A DNA stretch of 64,000 bases. Source: Dehalococcoidia bacterium. GTDB lineage: Bacteria > Chloroflexota > Dehalococcoidia > Bin125. The DNA lies in assembly GCA_963662615.2 (NCBI GenBank), contig CAXXSR010000001.1, forward strand, positions 160,001 to 224,000, written 5' to 3'. The position numbers and the translations under genes were made by a program. Under the pieces are notes generated by a model that saw only the letters and a program-made list of their open reading frames with translations, made no database searches and was not told the origin of the DNA. Of this stretch, positions 29,205 through 39,619 are shown one piece after another (positions within the stretch are counted from its first letter, which is position 1; every line of letters begins with the position of its first letter).

Positions 29205-29311
29205 GACAGTCTAAACATTTGATTTGTCCCGTCCTCCATAGTCCGCAGTCGTCCGCGTTGGCGGCGACCTCTCGGGCTGCTCGCCGGCGGCCGTTCGGGG
29301 AGTTCTGGGCG

Positions 29312-30727
29312 TCAGCCGCCGCTGGTCCCCAGCGCGTCCCCGTCCGCCGCCGGCACATCCGCGACGGTGACATGGGGAAAGGCGCTGCGATAGGAGAACC
29401 AGTACGCCGTGCGCGTGGGCAGGGGCGCCAGCTGCCGGCCCTCCAACGGTCCCGCCACTGCCTGCCCGCTGAGGGTCCAGAGGGATCCCGTCTCGCGGTC
29501 GCGGTAGGCGTCCCCCTCGGCGTCGAAGGTAAGGCGCTGCCCATCCGCGGTGGAGTCGAAGGCGGCGGCGGTGGGCCCGCGGGCGGAGGAGAAGACAACG
29601 ATGGCCCGGCCGTCGATGTCGTCGTTGACCGCTGCGGTGCCTAGCCGATCGAGCGGATAGGCGCGCGCCGTCTGGCCAATCTGCACGCCCAGCACCAGCT
29701 CCGCCAAATCAAGCCTGGTATCGGCGAGGACATCTGCATCAACGGGGGAGGGGAGACGCCCGGCGTTGACGAGCGCCTTGTACGAGGAGGATTCGTCGTC
29801 GCTGTAGTCGCTGCCGAAGCCCGTGTCGGTACTGAGCGCCAGCGTATCCGGATGCAGCTGCCGCCATGTCGCCCAGGGGGCCAGCTGCGACGGCAGCGCC
29901 TGCAAGCGGCTCCCCGTGAGCGTTCCCAACACCGCCTCCCCGGCCGTCTGGAACCAGTAGGAGTTCGTCTGGCGGTCGAACATCACCAGGTCGTTCTGGT
30001 GGAGCGCATGGGTGTTGCCGAAGGTCAGCGCCCGTCCCTCCACCACGCGGTCGTACACGGCCGCGCTGTGGCAGAGCGGGCAGTAGGTGATGAGGACGGC
30101 GCGGCCGCCCAGCGTGTCGTTGACGATTTCGTGCCGTCGCAAGATGGCGAGGGGGAACGCGTAGGGCCGGCCGTCTTCTGCAACGTAGCCCAGGACGGTC
30201 GCCCCGTCCGTCAGGAATCCGGCCTCCGCCGCCGGGACGTAGCGAACCGCGCCGACGCGCGCTCGGGCGGCCGGGGGGAGAAGATGGCGGGCGGCGTCGA
30301 GCGGGGGGATGGCGTCCACGAGGGAGCGGATGAAGTCCTCGTCGGCCTCGGCAAACGAGACGTGGGGCCCATCCGAGAAGCCGAACTGGATATCCGCGAG
30401 CTCCACGGAGCGAATGCTCGTATCCACCCCGGCAATGATTCCGCGACTGCCGTCATCAGCGGGGGCCGCGGCCGCCGCCGGCGCCGGGTCGGGCGTGGCA
30501 CGCTTGACCTCGGCAACGCGAGGGGCTTGCTCCGCCGGGGCCGGCGATCCAGGGGTGCCCCCCGTCGTGTCGGTTGGCGTGACGCTGCCGGCGGCCGCTG
30601 CGGGGGTGGCGGCGATGTCGGTGGGAAGAGCGTCGTCGCCCTCGCCCTCGCCTGCGCAAGCGGCCGCTGCCAGCCCGGCCGCGATGCAGAGGACGGCGGC
30701 GCCCGTCCAACGCCGGCGTGGTGGCAC
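29312..30727 (-). CDS. DUF3179 domain lipoprotein
   Basis: DAIPPLD, HEIVND, TYCPLCHS, MFDRQTNSYW, DRETGSLW, YWFSY; AAAC lipobox; GTG after GGAGG. Confidence 0.87.
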   Translation of the reverse strand: MPPRRRWTGAAVLCIAAGLAAAACAGEGEGDDALPTDIAATPAAAAGSVTPTDTTGGTPGSPAPAEQAPRVAEVKRATPDPAPAAAAAPADDGSRGIIAGVDTSIRSVELADIQFGFSDGPHVSFAEADEDFIRSLVDAIPPLDAARHLLPPAARARVGAVRYVPAAEAGFLTDGATVLGYVAEDGRPYAFPLAILRRHEIVNDTLGGRAVLITYCPLCHSAAVYDRVVEGRALTFGNTHALHQNDLVMFDRQTNSYWFQTAGEAVLGTLTGSRLQALPSQLAPWATWRQLHPDTLALSTDTGFGSDYSDDESSSYKALVNAGRLPSPVDADVLADTRLDLAELVLGVQIGQTARAYPLDRLGTAAVNDDIDGRAIVVFSSARGPTAAAFDSTADGQRLTFDAEGDAYRDRETGSLWTLSGQAVAGPLEGRQLAPLPTRTAYWFSYRSAFPHVTVADVPAADGDALGTSGG

Positions 30728-30967
30728 GATCCGTCCCTCCGGACGTCTCCGTCGCCGCTGCCGGCGGCTCCTGCGGCGGAACGCGCCGACGGTGCGCAAG
30801 GCGCGATCGGCGACGGTGAAACATGGGCTTTCGCACACGGAACGTAGCAGACGCTGCCAATTGTCTGGCGAGCGGGCGGGGGCGCCAGGTCAGTCGTGGC
30901 GATCCCTGCCACAGCCGCCGGTCAGTAGCTGCGTCGAACGGCGGAGAGTTCCTCAATACCGGGGCGT

Positions 30968-31007
30968 AGAAAGAACGGAAGGCCGGTCCGCTACGGACCG
31001 GCCTTCC
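30968..31007 (-). terminator. rho-independent terminator after SBP gene
   Basis: 14-bp stem ggaaggccggtccg/cggaccggccttcc (30977-31007) followed on minus strand by gttctttct. Confidence 0.75.
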
Positions 31008-31034
31008 CTATTCTCCGACAATCGGAGGCCGAGA

Positions 31035-32461
31035 TCAGGGCATTTCAATGTCCGGGAGCGCGGCCGGAAGGCCCGGCTCCGGGTCGTACCACTGACAGGT
31101 CATATCGGCCTTCGTTTCCCCGCCGGCTGCGTGGCACAGCTCAAAACCGTGCTCCACGATGTGACGGCTGTCGAAGTAGATCTCGCCGTATGGCCCATCG
31201 AAGCGGACGGTCTCAATGTACGCCGCAATGGCGTCGGTGTCGGTCACCGTCCCGGTGTTGACCCAGGCTTCCGCGAGAACCTTGATGTAGGGGCCGGTCA
31301 TGAGCGCGTGCCCGACAATGGAGCCTCGCTCGCCGCCAGAGGCGCGGAACCGGTCCCAGTACTCGTTGACGTTGGCCAGGCCCGATTCCCAACAGGCCAT
31401 CATGCAGGCGAAGACGATGGACTTCTCGTACCCGTTCGGGAACGAGTCCAGAAGTCAATGGGGTCGAGGGCATGCAGATAATAGGCGTCCGCGGCGTCCA
31501 GCTCGGCGCCAACGCGGATCATCTCATACATGTCCGTCGCGATGTACCAGAGGAAGGCGACGTCCGCGCCCGCTGCCTTGACCTGCGTCATGAAGGGCGC
31601 GAAATCGGTCGTGCCGGGCGGGTAGAGGATAACGTCCAACGGCTCGCGGCCGGCTTCCCGCTCCGCCCACACCCAGAACGGCGGGGCGGTCTGCCCAACG
31701 GCGTCGTTCGGGATCAAGAGCACGGAGGTCTTGGCCTCCGGGATGTAGTCGGACACCGCCTGCGCGAAGATCGTCTCCTTGACGATGTCATTCGGGTGCA
31801 CCTTGAAGAGGTAGTGCTTGCTGCCGCCGAGAGCCGCGCTCTCGGTAGTCAGGTAGGTCTGGTGCGCCGTGGAGCCGGAGAACATGATGACGCCCGCCTC
31901 GTTCGTGATCTCCTGCGTGAGGACGGCGTAGTCATCGAACATGGGACCGACGATGTACTGCACCTCAAGGTCCCGGACCAGGTCGATCACCGCCGGCACG
32001 GCCAGGGCGCTGTCCGAGCGGATGTCGCGTTCCTCGATTTCCAGGGAGTAGATCGTGTCGCCCACCTGGACTCCGCCGTCGGGGTGGCAGACGGCGCATT
32101 CGCCGCGGTTGATCTCGTCAACGGCCAGATGCACGGCCTGCGAGGTCGGCACACCCCAGGGGATGGCCTTTCCGCTCAGCGACCCGATCAGGCCGATCTT
32201 GATCACGCCCCTCTGCACTGCCGGAGCGGCGGCGGGCGCCGGTTCGGGCGCGGGGGCCGGAGCCGGCTCTGGGGCCGGAGCGGCGGCGGGCTCTGGGGCC
32301 GGAGCGGCGGCGGGCTCTGGGGCCGGAGCGGCGGCGGCGGCCGGCGCAGCCTCATCGTCGTCATCGCCGCAGGCGGCCGCGAGCGCGAGCGCCAACACGA
32401 TGAGGAGCAAAAACGGCAACGCGGCGAGGCGCCGCGCTCGGTGTAGGCGAAGCTTATACAT
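31035..32461 (-). CDS. branched-chain amino acid-type ABC substrate-binding lipoprotein, split by a 1-bp frameshift near 31451
   Basis: AAAC lipobox, IKIGLIGSLSG, YPPGTTDF; adding one C joins ...PIDF to LDSFPNGYEK... and the C-terminal GPYGEIYFD frame. Confidence 0.82.
32265..32336. repeat. 3 x 24-bp perfect tandem repeat encoding (AAPAPEPA)n linker
   Basis: ggctctggggccggagcggcggcg three times. Confidence 0.9.
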
Positions 32462-32738
32462 CTCGCTGCTTTCCTCTCTCCTTCTCGCTTCTTGCTTGCT
32501 TGTGTGTCGTCCCGGTGGCGGGAACGCCTCCTCGCTTTCGCAGGTTTCTTGAACCGTCGAACTCTTCCTCCCTTCCGGGACAGGGCGCCTGATCACGCTC
32601 CTTGGACCCGGGCAACCGTCCCAAACGATAGGCGTAACAGATAATCCGGCACAAGGCAAGATCGTTGATTGGCGGGCAGCGCGGTCCGGAAGGCGGCAGG
32701 CGATCGATGGGAACGGTCGAATCGTGAGTGCCGCACCG

Positions 32739-33956
32739 TGGACCTCAGGGGTCGCCGCGGTCGTCGTCCTCGCGATCGTCGGGCGCCGGCCCTTCGAGGG
32801 CGAGGCGGGGGCGGAGCAGGCGGAGCGTCCACTCCTTGGCTTGCAGGTAGAAGGAGCGGATCCCGCCCACGACGCCCTGGGGCAGCAGCAGAATCACGGC
32901 GATCAGGATCATGCCGTAGACGATCTGGCGCAGGATCGGATCGAGGTCGAGCACCTCGGGGAGAAACCAGACCACGACGGCGCCGGCGAGCGGCCCCAGG
33001 AGCCAGCGCGCGCCCCCGAGCAGCAACATCAAGACGATCAGGAGGCTGTCGAAGGCGTCAAACAGGCGCGGCTCAATATGGCGCAGGAAGTAGCCGTAGT
33101 AGACGCCCCCCACCCCCGCGAACAGGCCGCTGATCATGAAGGTGGAGACTTTGGTCCAGTTGACGTTGATGCCCAGGGATCCCGCCAGGGGCTCGTTCTC
33201 CCGCACCGCCCGCATGGTGCGCCCGAGCGGCGAGTGGGCGATCCCGTAGACGCCGAGCATCGCCACGCCCAGGAAGGCCAGGATCAGGAAGTAGGCCGGC
33301 CGCAGGTCCACGAAATGTTGCCCCAGGACGGACGGAATCCGTTCCGGGATAAAGAGCCCTTGGGCGCCGCCGGTGAGATCGCCCCCATTGGTGAGCACGA
33401 TGGCTAAGAGCTCGCCGGAGGCAAAGGTCAGGATCAAGAAGTGGTGCCCGCTGACGCGAATGGAGGGGAAGCCCAGCACGCCCGCGGCGAGGGCGGCGGT
33501 GATCCCGGCCAGGGGGAGGGCGGCCCAGAAGGAGATGCCGAACTCGCGCAGGAGGATGGCGCCCAGATAGGCCCCCACGCCCATGAGCGCCGCGTGGGCG
33601 ATGGAGATCATGCCGATCTGGCCGAAGAGGAGGGCGAGGCCGTAGAGCACCACGGCGTTGACGGCGGTGAGGATGGCGATGCTGAGCAGCCGCTGCGTGG
33701 GCAGGATCCAGGGCAAGAGGATCAGCAGCGTGGGTATGGCGATCAGCAGGACGATCCGCTCGGGGGAGGGGGTTAGCAGATCCTCGGGGACGAAGGCGCG
33801 CCAGCCGCGGCCGGCATCCGCGGGGGTGTCCCCGCGCCGCTCACTCTTCAGCAATCGTTGCCCCCTCCGCTCTCACTGCCACCCTTCCGACCGGTCTTGG
33901 ATGCGAGTCACGATGATAGGTCCCAGCAGCGCTGGGGGCGAGGATGGCGGCGCCCG
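32739..33956. repeat. 1218-bp direct duplication, copy 2
   Basis: Same sequence as 15591-16808. Confidence 0.93.
32745..33854 (-). CDS. livM: branched-chain amino acid ABC transporter permease (LivM-like), copy 2
   Basis: Protein identical to 15597-16706; upstream of co-oriented SBP gene. Confidence 0.9.
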   Translation of the reverse strand: MLKSERRGDTPADAGRGWRAFVPEDLLTPSPERIVLLIAIPTLLILLPWILPTQRLLSIAILTAVNAVVLYGLALLFGQIGMISIAHAALMGVGAYLGAILLREFGISFWAALPLAGITAALAAGVLGFPSIRVSGHHFLILTFASGELLAIVLTNGGDLTGGAQGLFIPERIPSVLGQHFVDLRPAYFLILAFLGVAMLGVYGIAHSPLGRTMRAVRENEPLAGSLGINVNWTKVSTFMISGLFAGVGGVYYGYFLRHIEPRLFDAFDSLLIVLMLLLGGARWLLGPLAGAVVVWFLPEVLDLDPILRQIVYGMILIAVILLLPQGVVGGIRSFYLQAKEWTLRLLRPRLALEGPAPDDREDDDRGDP

Positions 33957-34062
33957 CCCGCTTGATGCCACGGCGTCCTGGCCCCGCGGGAGCCGCCCAC
34001 GACGAGGAGGACTGTGGGGCGCCACCGCACTGTGTCTCGGGTGTGTGCCGCAGCCGTGTCCC

Positions 34063-35043
34063 TCAGAAGATGGCGATGGGGTTCACGGGCGACGCCGTGC
34101 CCCGCTCTAGGCGCAGCGGCCCCAGCGTGAGCAGGAACTCCCAGCGGTTGCGCTCCCGGCAGGCCGCGGCGAGCCGGCCCAGCTGCAAGTTGCAGAGCAT
34201 GTGCAGCCCCATGTAGACGATGCCGATCTGGTGGATGGGGCGCACCCAGCCGTCGATGCCGCTGGGGACGACGTCGGCCATGCCGTCGCAGCCGAAGATC
34301 GCAACGCCGTGTTCATGCAGCCAGGGGAGGCAGTCGGTGCCCAGGCCGGCGACGCCGTCTTCGGGAGCGTCCGACCCCTCGGCGGTCAGCTCCACCACCA
34401 GCGGCCAGGGGCCGCGCGCCTGGCGACGCGCGTCGCGGCCAATGGAGACAAACAGGACGTCGCCCTCCTCCACACGCACGCCCTGGCGGTCGGCCGCGGC
34501 CTGGAGCTCGTCGACAGTGATGCGTTCGCGCGGCTCCAGCCAGTCGACGCCGCGCAGGGCGGGGATGTCCAGGAGGACGCCACGGGTGAAGATGCCGTCC
34601 TTGCCGGACATAATGCTGTTGCGGTGGGCGCCGTTGCTCTTCACCTCACTGGCGTCGAAGCCGTTGTAAATCTTGCCGCCCACAATGAAGTGGCAGAGCG
34701 CATCCAGGTGGGTGTTGGAGAAGCCGTGCAGGTCCATGGCGAGGTAGTCGGCGCTGAAGGCCATGCCGGGGATGACAGCGCTCTCAGGCACGTCCCCGGC
34801 GATCACCATGCGATGCATCGCCGGCTCCGGATTGTCCACGGCCCGCGTCACGGCGATAGGGAGGGCGCAGCTCACCGTCACGCCCTCTTTGACCAGGGCG
34901 GCGGCGGCGAGGCGCTTGGCGTCCGTGATGAAGTTGAGGGTGCCGCGCTCGTCGTCGGGACCCCAGCGGCCCCAGTTCGATACCCGCTGCGCTATAGCGT
35001 CCACGTCGGCCTTGCTCAAGACAGCGGGGGCGTCGGCCATCAC
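34063..35043 (-). CDS. cyclase family protein (kynurenine formamidase-like metal hydrolase)
   Basis: SNWGRWGPDDERGTLN, HGFSNTHLDALCH, RGVLLD, GTASPVNP. Confidence 0.9.
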   Translation of the reverse strand: MMADAPAVLSKADVDAIAQRVSNWGRWGPDDERGTLNFITDAKRLAAAALVKEGVTVSCALPIAVTRAVDNPEPAMHRMVIAGDVPESAVIPGMAFSADYLAMDLHGFSNTHLDALCHFIVGGKIYNGFDASEVKSNGAHRNSIMSGKDGIFTRGVLLDIPALRGVDWLEPRERITVDELQAAADRQGVRVEEGDVLFVSIGRDARRQARGPWPLVVELTAEGSDAPEDGVAGLGTDCLPWLHEHGVAIFGCDGMADVVPSGIDGWVRPIHQIGIVYMGLHMLCNLQLGRLAAACRERNRWEFLLTLGPLRLERGTASPVNPIAIF

Positions 35044-35153
35044 ACGTCCTTTCCAGTCCTGCCTGCGGCTTGAGCGGGAGTATAAGACTGCGCCGTCGTA
35101 GCGCTCAAGGCGTCGCAGCTTGACTTGGCGCCGCGCCCCATCTCAGGCGGGTT

Positions 35154-35990
35154 CTACTCGTACACGTGGTTGGGAAGGAGCTCCATCTTCCTGAGCGCCA
35201 TCTGGCCGTTGGTGTATTTGATGCCCGTTTCATCATGGCCGGGAAAAATGAAGCCATCTCTCTCCCGCGCGATGCGCTCGATCTTTCCGGTGGAGGCGAT
35301 CAGGTTCTCAACGTTGTTGGCCACGGTATTGGCAACAGGCGGCGGACCGAAGGCGTCGTGCGTCTGGACGGCGTCAGCCACCAGCATGGCCCAGCCGGTG
35401 TGGTCGAGGCGAGTGAGCACGCCCATTGAGCCGGGCGTGTGGCCGGGCAGGCTGACGATCCAGAGATCCTTCAGGATCTCCTGGTCCCCGTACACCAGAG
35501 TGGGGCGCTTTTGCCCCAGGAAGTTCCAGTCCGCGCGAACGAAGAAATTCTCCGCCTCCCAGACGTTGCTGACGAACTTGTGCTCGTCCTCATGCACCAC
35601 GATCGTCGCGCCCGCGTCCTGGAACAGGCGCAGGCCGCCGGCGTGGTCGGCATGCAAGTGACTCACGATCACGTACTTAAAATCCTCCGGGCCCAGCCCC
35701 TGAGCCTTGAGGCCGCTTTCCAGCAACTTCTCCGGAGTGATTGCGCTGAGGTCGATTATCCCTTGCCACTCCGGGAGCCACTCCTCCTTGAAGTTGGTGG
35801 AGATTCCCGTGTCGAACAGGATCAGACCGTCAGGATGCTCGATCACAAACGCCATTGAAGGGCAGCGATACCATGTCCGCCGTCCCTCACCGCGGCCCGG
35901 CAACAAGATTTCGTTGGGGTTGGGGAACTGCAGGAGGTCGTAGTCGATCGCCATATACCCCAGATTCATTCCTTTGAGTCGAATTGCCAC
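35154..35990 (-). CDS. N-acyl homoserine lactonase family metallo-beta-lactamase-fold hydrolase
   Basis: LFDTG, SHLHADHAGG (HxHxDH), PGHTPG, ADA, PGHD. Confidence 0.88.
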   Translation of the reverse strand: MAIRLKGMNLGYMAIDYDLLQFPNPNEILLPGRGEGRRTWYRCPSMAFVIEHPDGLILFDTGISTNFKEEWLPEWQGIIDLSAITPEKLLESGLKAQGLGPEDFKYVIVSHLHADHAGGLRLFQDAGATIVVHEDEHKFVSNVWEAENFFVRADWNFLGQKRPTLVYGDQEILKDLWIVSLPGHTPGSMGVLTRLDHTGWAMLVADAVQTHDAFGPPPVANTVANNVENLIASTGKIERIARERDGFIFPGHDETGIKYTNGQMALRKMELLPNHVYE

Positions 35991-36188
35991 CTCACCACTC
36001 CTCTCTCGGCGGAGAACGTGCGAAACACGGGCGCTTCGGGACGGCCACGCTCCCGCCGGCCGGCCTCGCCGCGCCTGCGTATCTTAGATTCGGCCCGTCA
36101 ACGGGTCCAGGCGATCGCGACGATCGGCTCCGGAGCGCGGCAAGACTTTCGCAAGAAGTCCGTCTGGTGGATGCGCTAGCGTGTCGAT

Positions 36189-37514
36189 ATGCGCCACGAC
36201 CTAGCGTTGGCTCTCGGCGTATCGCTCCTTCTGCTCCTTGTGGCTTGCTCAGGAGGCGGCGACGCTGAGGCGCCTCGGAATGGGGCGCCACAGGCGGTGG
36301 CCGCGCTACAGACGGTGGCCGCGCCAGAGGGCGAGGAACCGGCAGCATCGGCGGGCGTCGTCCAGCAGCCCCAGGCGCCGTCCGGCGGGACGGCAGGCCC
36401 CGCGGAGGCTCCGCCAGCGGCCGGCCGCAGCGCGCCTCCGGATGACGCCGACCCGCGAGCGGAACCGGCGACCGCGCCGGCGCCGGCGGGGCCCACTCTG
36501 CAGACGCCCGAATTCGAGGGGCTCAGCGGGTGGATCAACAGCGATGCGCTCATCCTGTCGGCGCTCATCCAGCAGAATCGCGTGGTCCTGATCGACTTTT
36601 GGACCTACACTTGCGTGAACTGCGTTCGCACGCTGCCCTTCCTCCGGGAATGGCACGAGAAATACAGCGACCGCGGACTCACGATCATTGGCGTGCATGC
36701 GCCCGAGTTTGAGTTCGAGAAGGATCGCACCAATGTGCTCGGGGCGGTCGAACGCTTCCAGCTCCAATACTCCATCGCCCAGGACAATGAGATGGCCACC
36801 TGGCGGGCCTTTCGAAACCGCTCCTGGCCCGCCAAGTACCTCATTGGGACGGATGGCGCGCTCCGCTATCAGCACTTCGGCGAAGGGGCCTACGTGGAGA
36901 CCGAAAAGGAGATTCGCGGCGCCTTGGAAGATGCGGGCTGGGACGTGAGCGATGTGCCCCTGGGCACTGTGGACGTGCAAGAGGTCGACCCCAACCTCAC
37001 CGTCGTCACCCGCGAGCTGTATGGCGGCTACCAGCAGAATTACAACTCCGACGGCGTCTACGCGTGGCAACCGGAGTATTACCAGGGCCCCGACCGCGAG
37101 GTTCTTTACGAGGACACTCGGCCAGACTTACACGCGACCAACTTTTGGTACTTGCAGGGGCTGTGGCGGAACGAGGCCGAGGCGATCGTCCACGCCCGCG
37201 AGACCGAGGCGTACGAGGACTACATTGCTGTGCGCTTCGTGGCTCGCAGCGTCAACGTGGTCATTCAGCCCGTGCGCGACCAGCCGTTCGACGTGGTGAT
37301 TGAACTAGCAGGTCGCCCTCTCACTCTCGAGGAGCTGGGGGCCGACGTCAGCCACGACGATCAGGGCCGCAGCGTCCTTCATGTGGACGAGCCGCGGATG
37401 TATGCCATCGTCGAGCTGCCGGGGATCGGTGAGCATGATCTGACGCTGCGCTCCAACTCCGACAACTTCGCCGTGTTCGCCTTTACGTTCGGCGCCTACA
37501 CGGAGGGCCCCTAG
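36189..37514 (+). CDS. thioredoxin-like redoxin lipoprotein (DipZ C-terminal-like)
   Basis: LVAC lipobox; DFWTYTCVNC, GVHAPEFEFEK, HFGEG, AFTFG. Confidence 0.88.
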   Translation: MRHDLALALGVSLLLLLVACSGGGDAEAPRNGAPQAVAALQTVAAPEGEEPAASAGVVQQPQAPSGGTAGPAEAPPAAGRSAPPDDADPRAEPATAPAPAGPTLQTPEFEGLSGWINSDALILSALIQQNRVVLIDFWTYTCVNCVRTLPFLREWHEKYSDRGLTIIGVHAPEFEFEKDRTNVLGAVERFQLQYSIAQDNEMATWRAFRNRSWPAKYLIGTDGALRYQHFGEGAYVETEKEIRGALEDAGWDVSDVPLGTVDVQEVDPNLTVVTRELYGGYQQNYNSDGVYAWQPEYYQGPDREVLYEDTRPDLHATNFWYLQGLWRNEAEAIVHARETEAYEDYIAVRFVARSVNVVIQPVRDQPFDVVIELAGRPLTLEELGADVSHDDQGRSVLHVDEPRMYAIVELPGIGEHDLTLRSNSDNFAVFAFTFGAYTEGP

Positions 37515-37725
37515 GCCGCTCCGGCGGGCGGCGTCGTATTTGCCACCCGCGCGCCGCCGCCGGCGCATCCTGCGGCCCGTCTCGCCTTTCATGCTCCCGT
37601 GTCTGAACCGGGATCGCTCTCCCCGACGCCGAATCAACCGGCGATACTAGTCGCCCAGCCAGCCGGCCGAAATTCGGCATGGCATTGGCAACAGGAGCAG
37701 TGGCAACAGAATGAGGAGGAGAGTT

Positions 37726-38145
37726 GTGGCATCTATCGTGAGCAAGCCGTCGGTGAGCGCCGCGGCCGCTCAGCAGGCGATCGGCGCGGCCGAGGCGAAG
37801 GCGCGCGAGATCGGCATCGCGGCAGTGACCGCCGTCGTGGATGAATCCGGGGTCCTCAAAGCCTTCAGTCGCATGGACGGCGCTCCCGTGATTAGTGTGG
37901 ACATCGCGATGGACAAGGCCTACACGGCGACGTTCGGCCTTGCCACCGACCAACTCTTTGAGCGCATCAAGGACGACCCCGCGAATCTTGCCGGTCTGCC
38001 GGCGCTGCCTCGCATCACCGTGCTGGGCGGCGGTGAACCGATCCTGGCGGGTGAGACGCCGGCGGGCGCCGTTGGCGTGAGCGGCGGGACCTGGCGGCAA
38101 GACAAGGAATGCGCGCAGGCTGGGGTGGCGGCGATCGGTTCGTGA
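37726..38145 (+). CDS. GlcG/HbpS family heme-binding protein
   Basis: AVVDESG...RMDGA...KAYTA, GGG.P, GVSGG...D; GAGGAGGAG RBS. Confidence 0.88.
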   Translation: MASIVSKPSVSAAAAQQAIGAAEAKAREIGIAAVTAVVDESGVLKAFSRMDGAPVISVDIAMDKAYTATFGLATDQLFERIKDDPANLAGLPALPRITVLGGGEPILAGETPAGAVGVSGGTWRQDKECAQAGVAAIGS

Positions 38146-38196
38146 TAGGCGCCGCGTGATAGACGCCCCGTGACAGGAGCCTCGTAATAGGCGAAC
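38141..38196. repeat. 4 x 14-bp imperfect tandem repeat, consensus CGTGATAGGCGCCN
   Basis: cgtgataggcgccg / cgtgatagacgccc / cgtgacaggagcct / cgtaataggcgaac. Confidence 0.8.
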
Positions 38197-38323
38197 CTGC
38201 AACACGTACACGGCTTCATCCCACGCCCGGACGCGCCGCGCCCCGCCGTCCGGCCATGCCGTATCATCCCAGCGCCCGTTCGGACCGCCCCGGACCGCGG
38301 CGGCCGGGGCCGAGAGGGAGAGC

Positions 38324-39589
38324 GTGATGCCAGAGAGCAACGGCAGCTCCGTCCTGCTCCGCTGTGGCCATCTCTTCGATGGCACGGGCCGGTCGCTGCA
38401 GCGGGACCAGGCGATCCTCATCGCCGACGGGCGCATCACCGCCGTGGGGCCGGCCGCTGAGGTCGAGCAACGGACCCCGCCGGCGGCCGAGCGGATCGAC
38501 CTTGGCGAAGCCTGCGTCATCCCTGGGCTCATTGACGGTCACACCCATACCAGCCTGCTCGGCGACCGCCAGCCCTACGTGGTGCAGTTCGCCGCCTCCG
38601 ACGAGCTGATGATCGCGATCGCCGCCAAGAACCTCCGCCGCCATCTCTTGGCGGGCGTGACCACGATCCGCGAGCACGGCGCCCGCAACATGGTCGGCTT
38701 CACCGTTCGCGAGGCGGTGCGCCGGGGCTACCTCATGGGCCCGCGGATGCTCGTCAGCGGCCGGCCGATCACGAAGCCGGGCGGGCACTTCCACTTCTGC
38801 AACGAGACGGCGGCGGACGCGGAGGCGGTGCGGCAGTCGGTGCGCCGCCTGGCGGAGCAGGGAGCGGACTACATCAAGATCATGGCGTCCGGCGGCGCCA
38901 CGGAAGGGACGGATCCCGGCGTCGCCTCCTACTCGCTTGAGGAGCTGCGGGCGGCCGCGCAGGAGGCACACCGGTTGGGACGCCGCACCGCCGTGCACAC
39001 CCGTGCCACCGAAGGGATGCGGCGCGCCGTCGCTGCCGGCCACGACCTGTTGGAGCACGCCGAGTTCAAAGAGCCAGACGGGGAGCAGCACTTCGACCCT
39101 GAGCTGGCGCGGGCGATCGCCGCGTCGAACATGTACGTGAGCCCTACGCTCCAGGGCCTTTCAGCCTATCCGCGCATCGTGGAGCTTGCGGCACGGCGAG
39201 ACACCGGCGAGCTGGGTGAGGAAGAGGAACGGGAGCTGGAGGAACGCCAGCAGCGACTCGAGGCCCGGCTCGCCGTCTTCCGGCGGTTTCTGGACGCGGG
39301 GATCGAAGATCGCATCGTGCCCGGAACCGATGCGGGCGTGTTCTGGGTAGAGTTCGGCCGCATTGGCTACGACCTGGAACTCCTGGTGCAGGCGGGCCTG
39401 GCGCCGGCGGACGCGCTCAGGGCAGCCACGCGCACCGCGGCGGAAGCCGTGGGGCTGAGCGATGAGATCGGCACGATCGAGGCCGGCAAGGTCGCCGACC
39501 TGGTCGCGGTCGATGGCGATCCAACAGCGGACATCGGCGCCGTCAGCCGGGTGCTGGCCGTCTACCAAGCCGGGAACCTGGTCACCTAG
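38324..39589 (+). CDS. metal-dependent amidohydrolase (Xaa-Pro dipeptidase-like subgroup)
   Basis: PGLIDGHTH, GVTTIR, YIKIMASGG, AVH, LEH, GTDAG, GKVADL. Confidence 0.9.
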   Translation: MMPESNGSSVLLRCGHLFDGTGRSLQRDQAILIADGRITAVGPAAEVEQRTPPAAERIDLGEACVIPGLIDGHTHTSLLGDRQPYVVQFAASDELMIAIAAKNLRRHLLAGVTTIREHGARNMVGFTVREAVRRGYLMGPRMLVSGRPITKPGGHFHFCNETAADAEAVRQSVRRLAEQGADYIKIMASGGATEGTDPGVASYSLEELRAAAQEAHRLGRRTAVHTRATEGMRRAVAAGHDLLEHAEFKEPDGEQHFDPELARAIAASNMYVSPTLQGLSAYPRIVELAARRDTGELGEEEERELEERQQRLEARLAVFRRFLDAGIEDRIVPGTDAGVFWVEFGRIGYDLELLVQAGLAPADALRAATRTAAEAVGLSDEIGTIEAGKVADLVAVDGDPTADIGAVSRVLAVYQAGNLVT

Positions 39590-39619
39590 GGCGCCAGGCC
39601 GCAGCGGTGACCGCCGTGC

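Noticed and set aside
38141-38196. Possible CRISPR mini-array
   Set aside because: No spacers, unit only 14 bp, no cas genes
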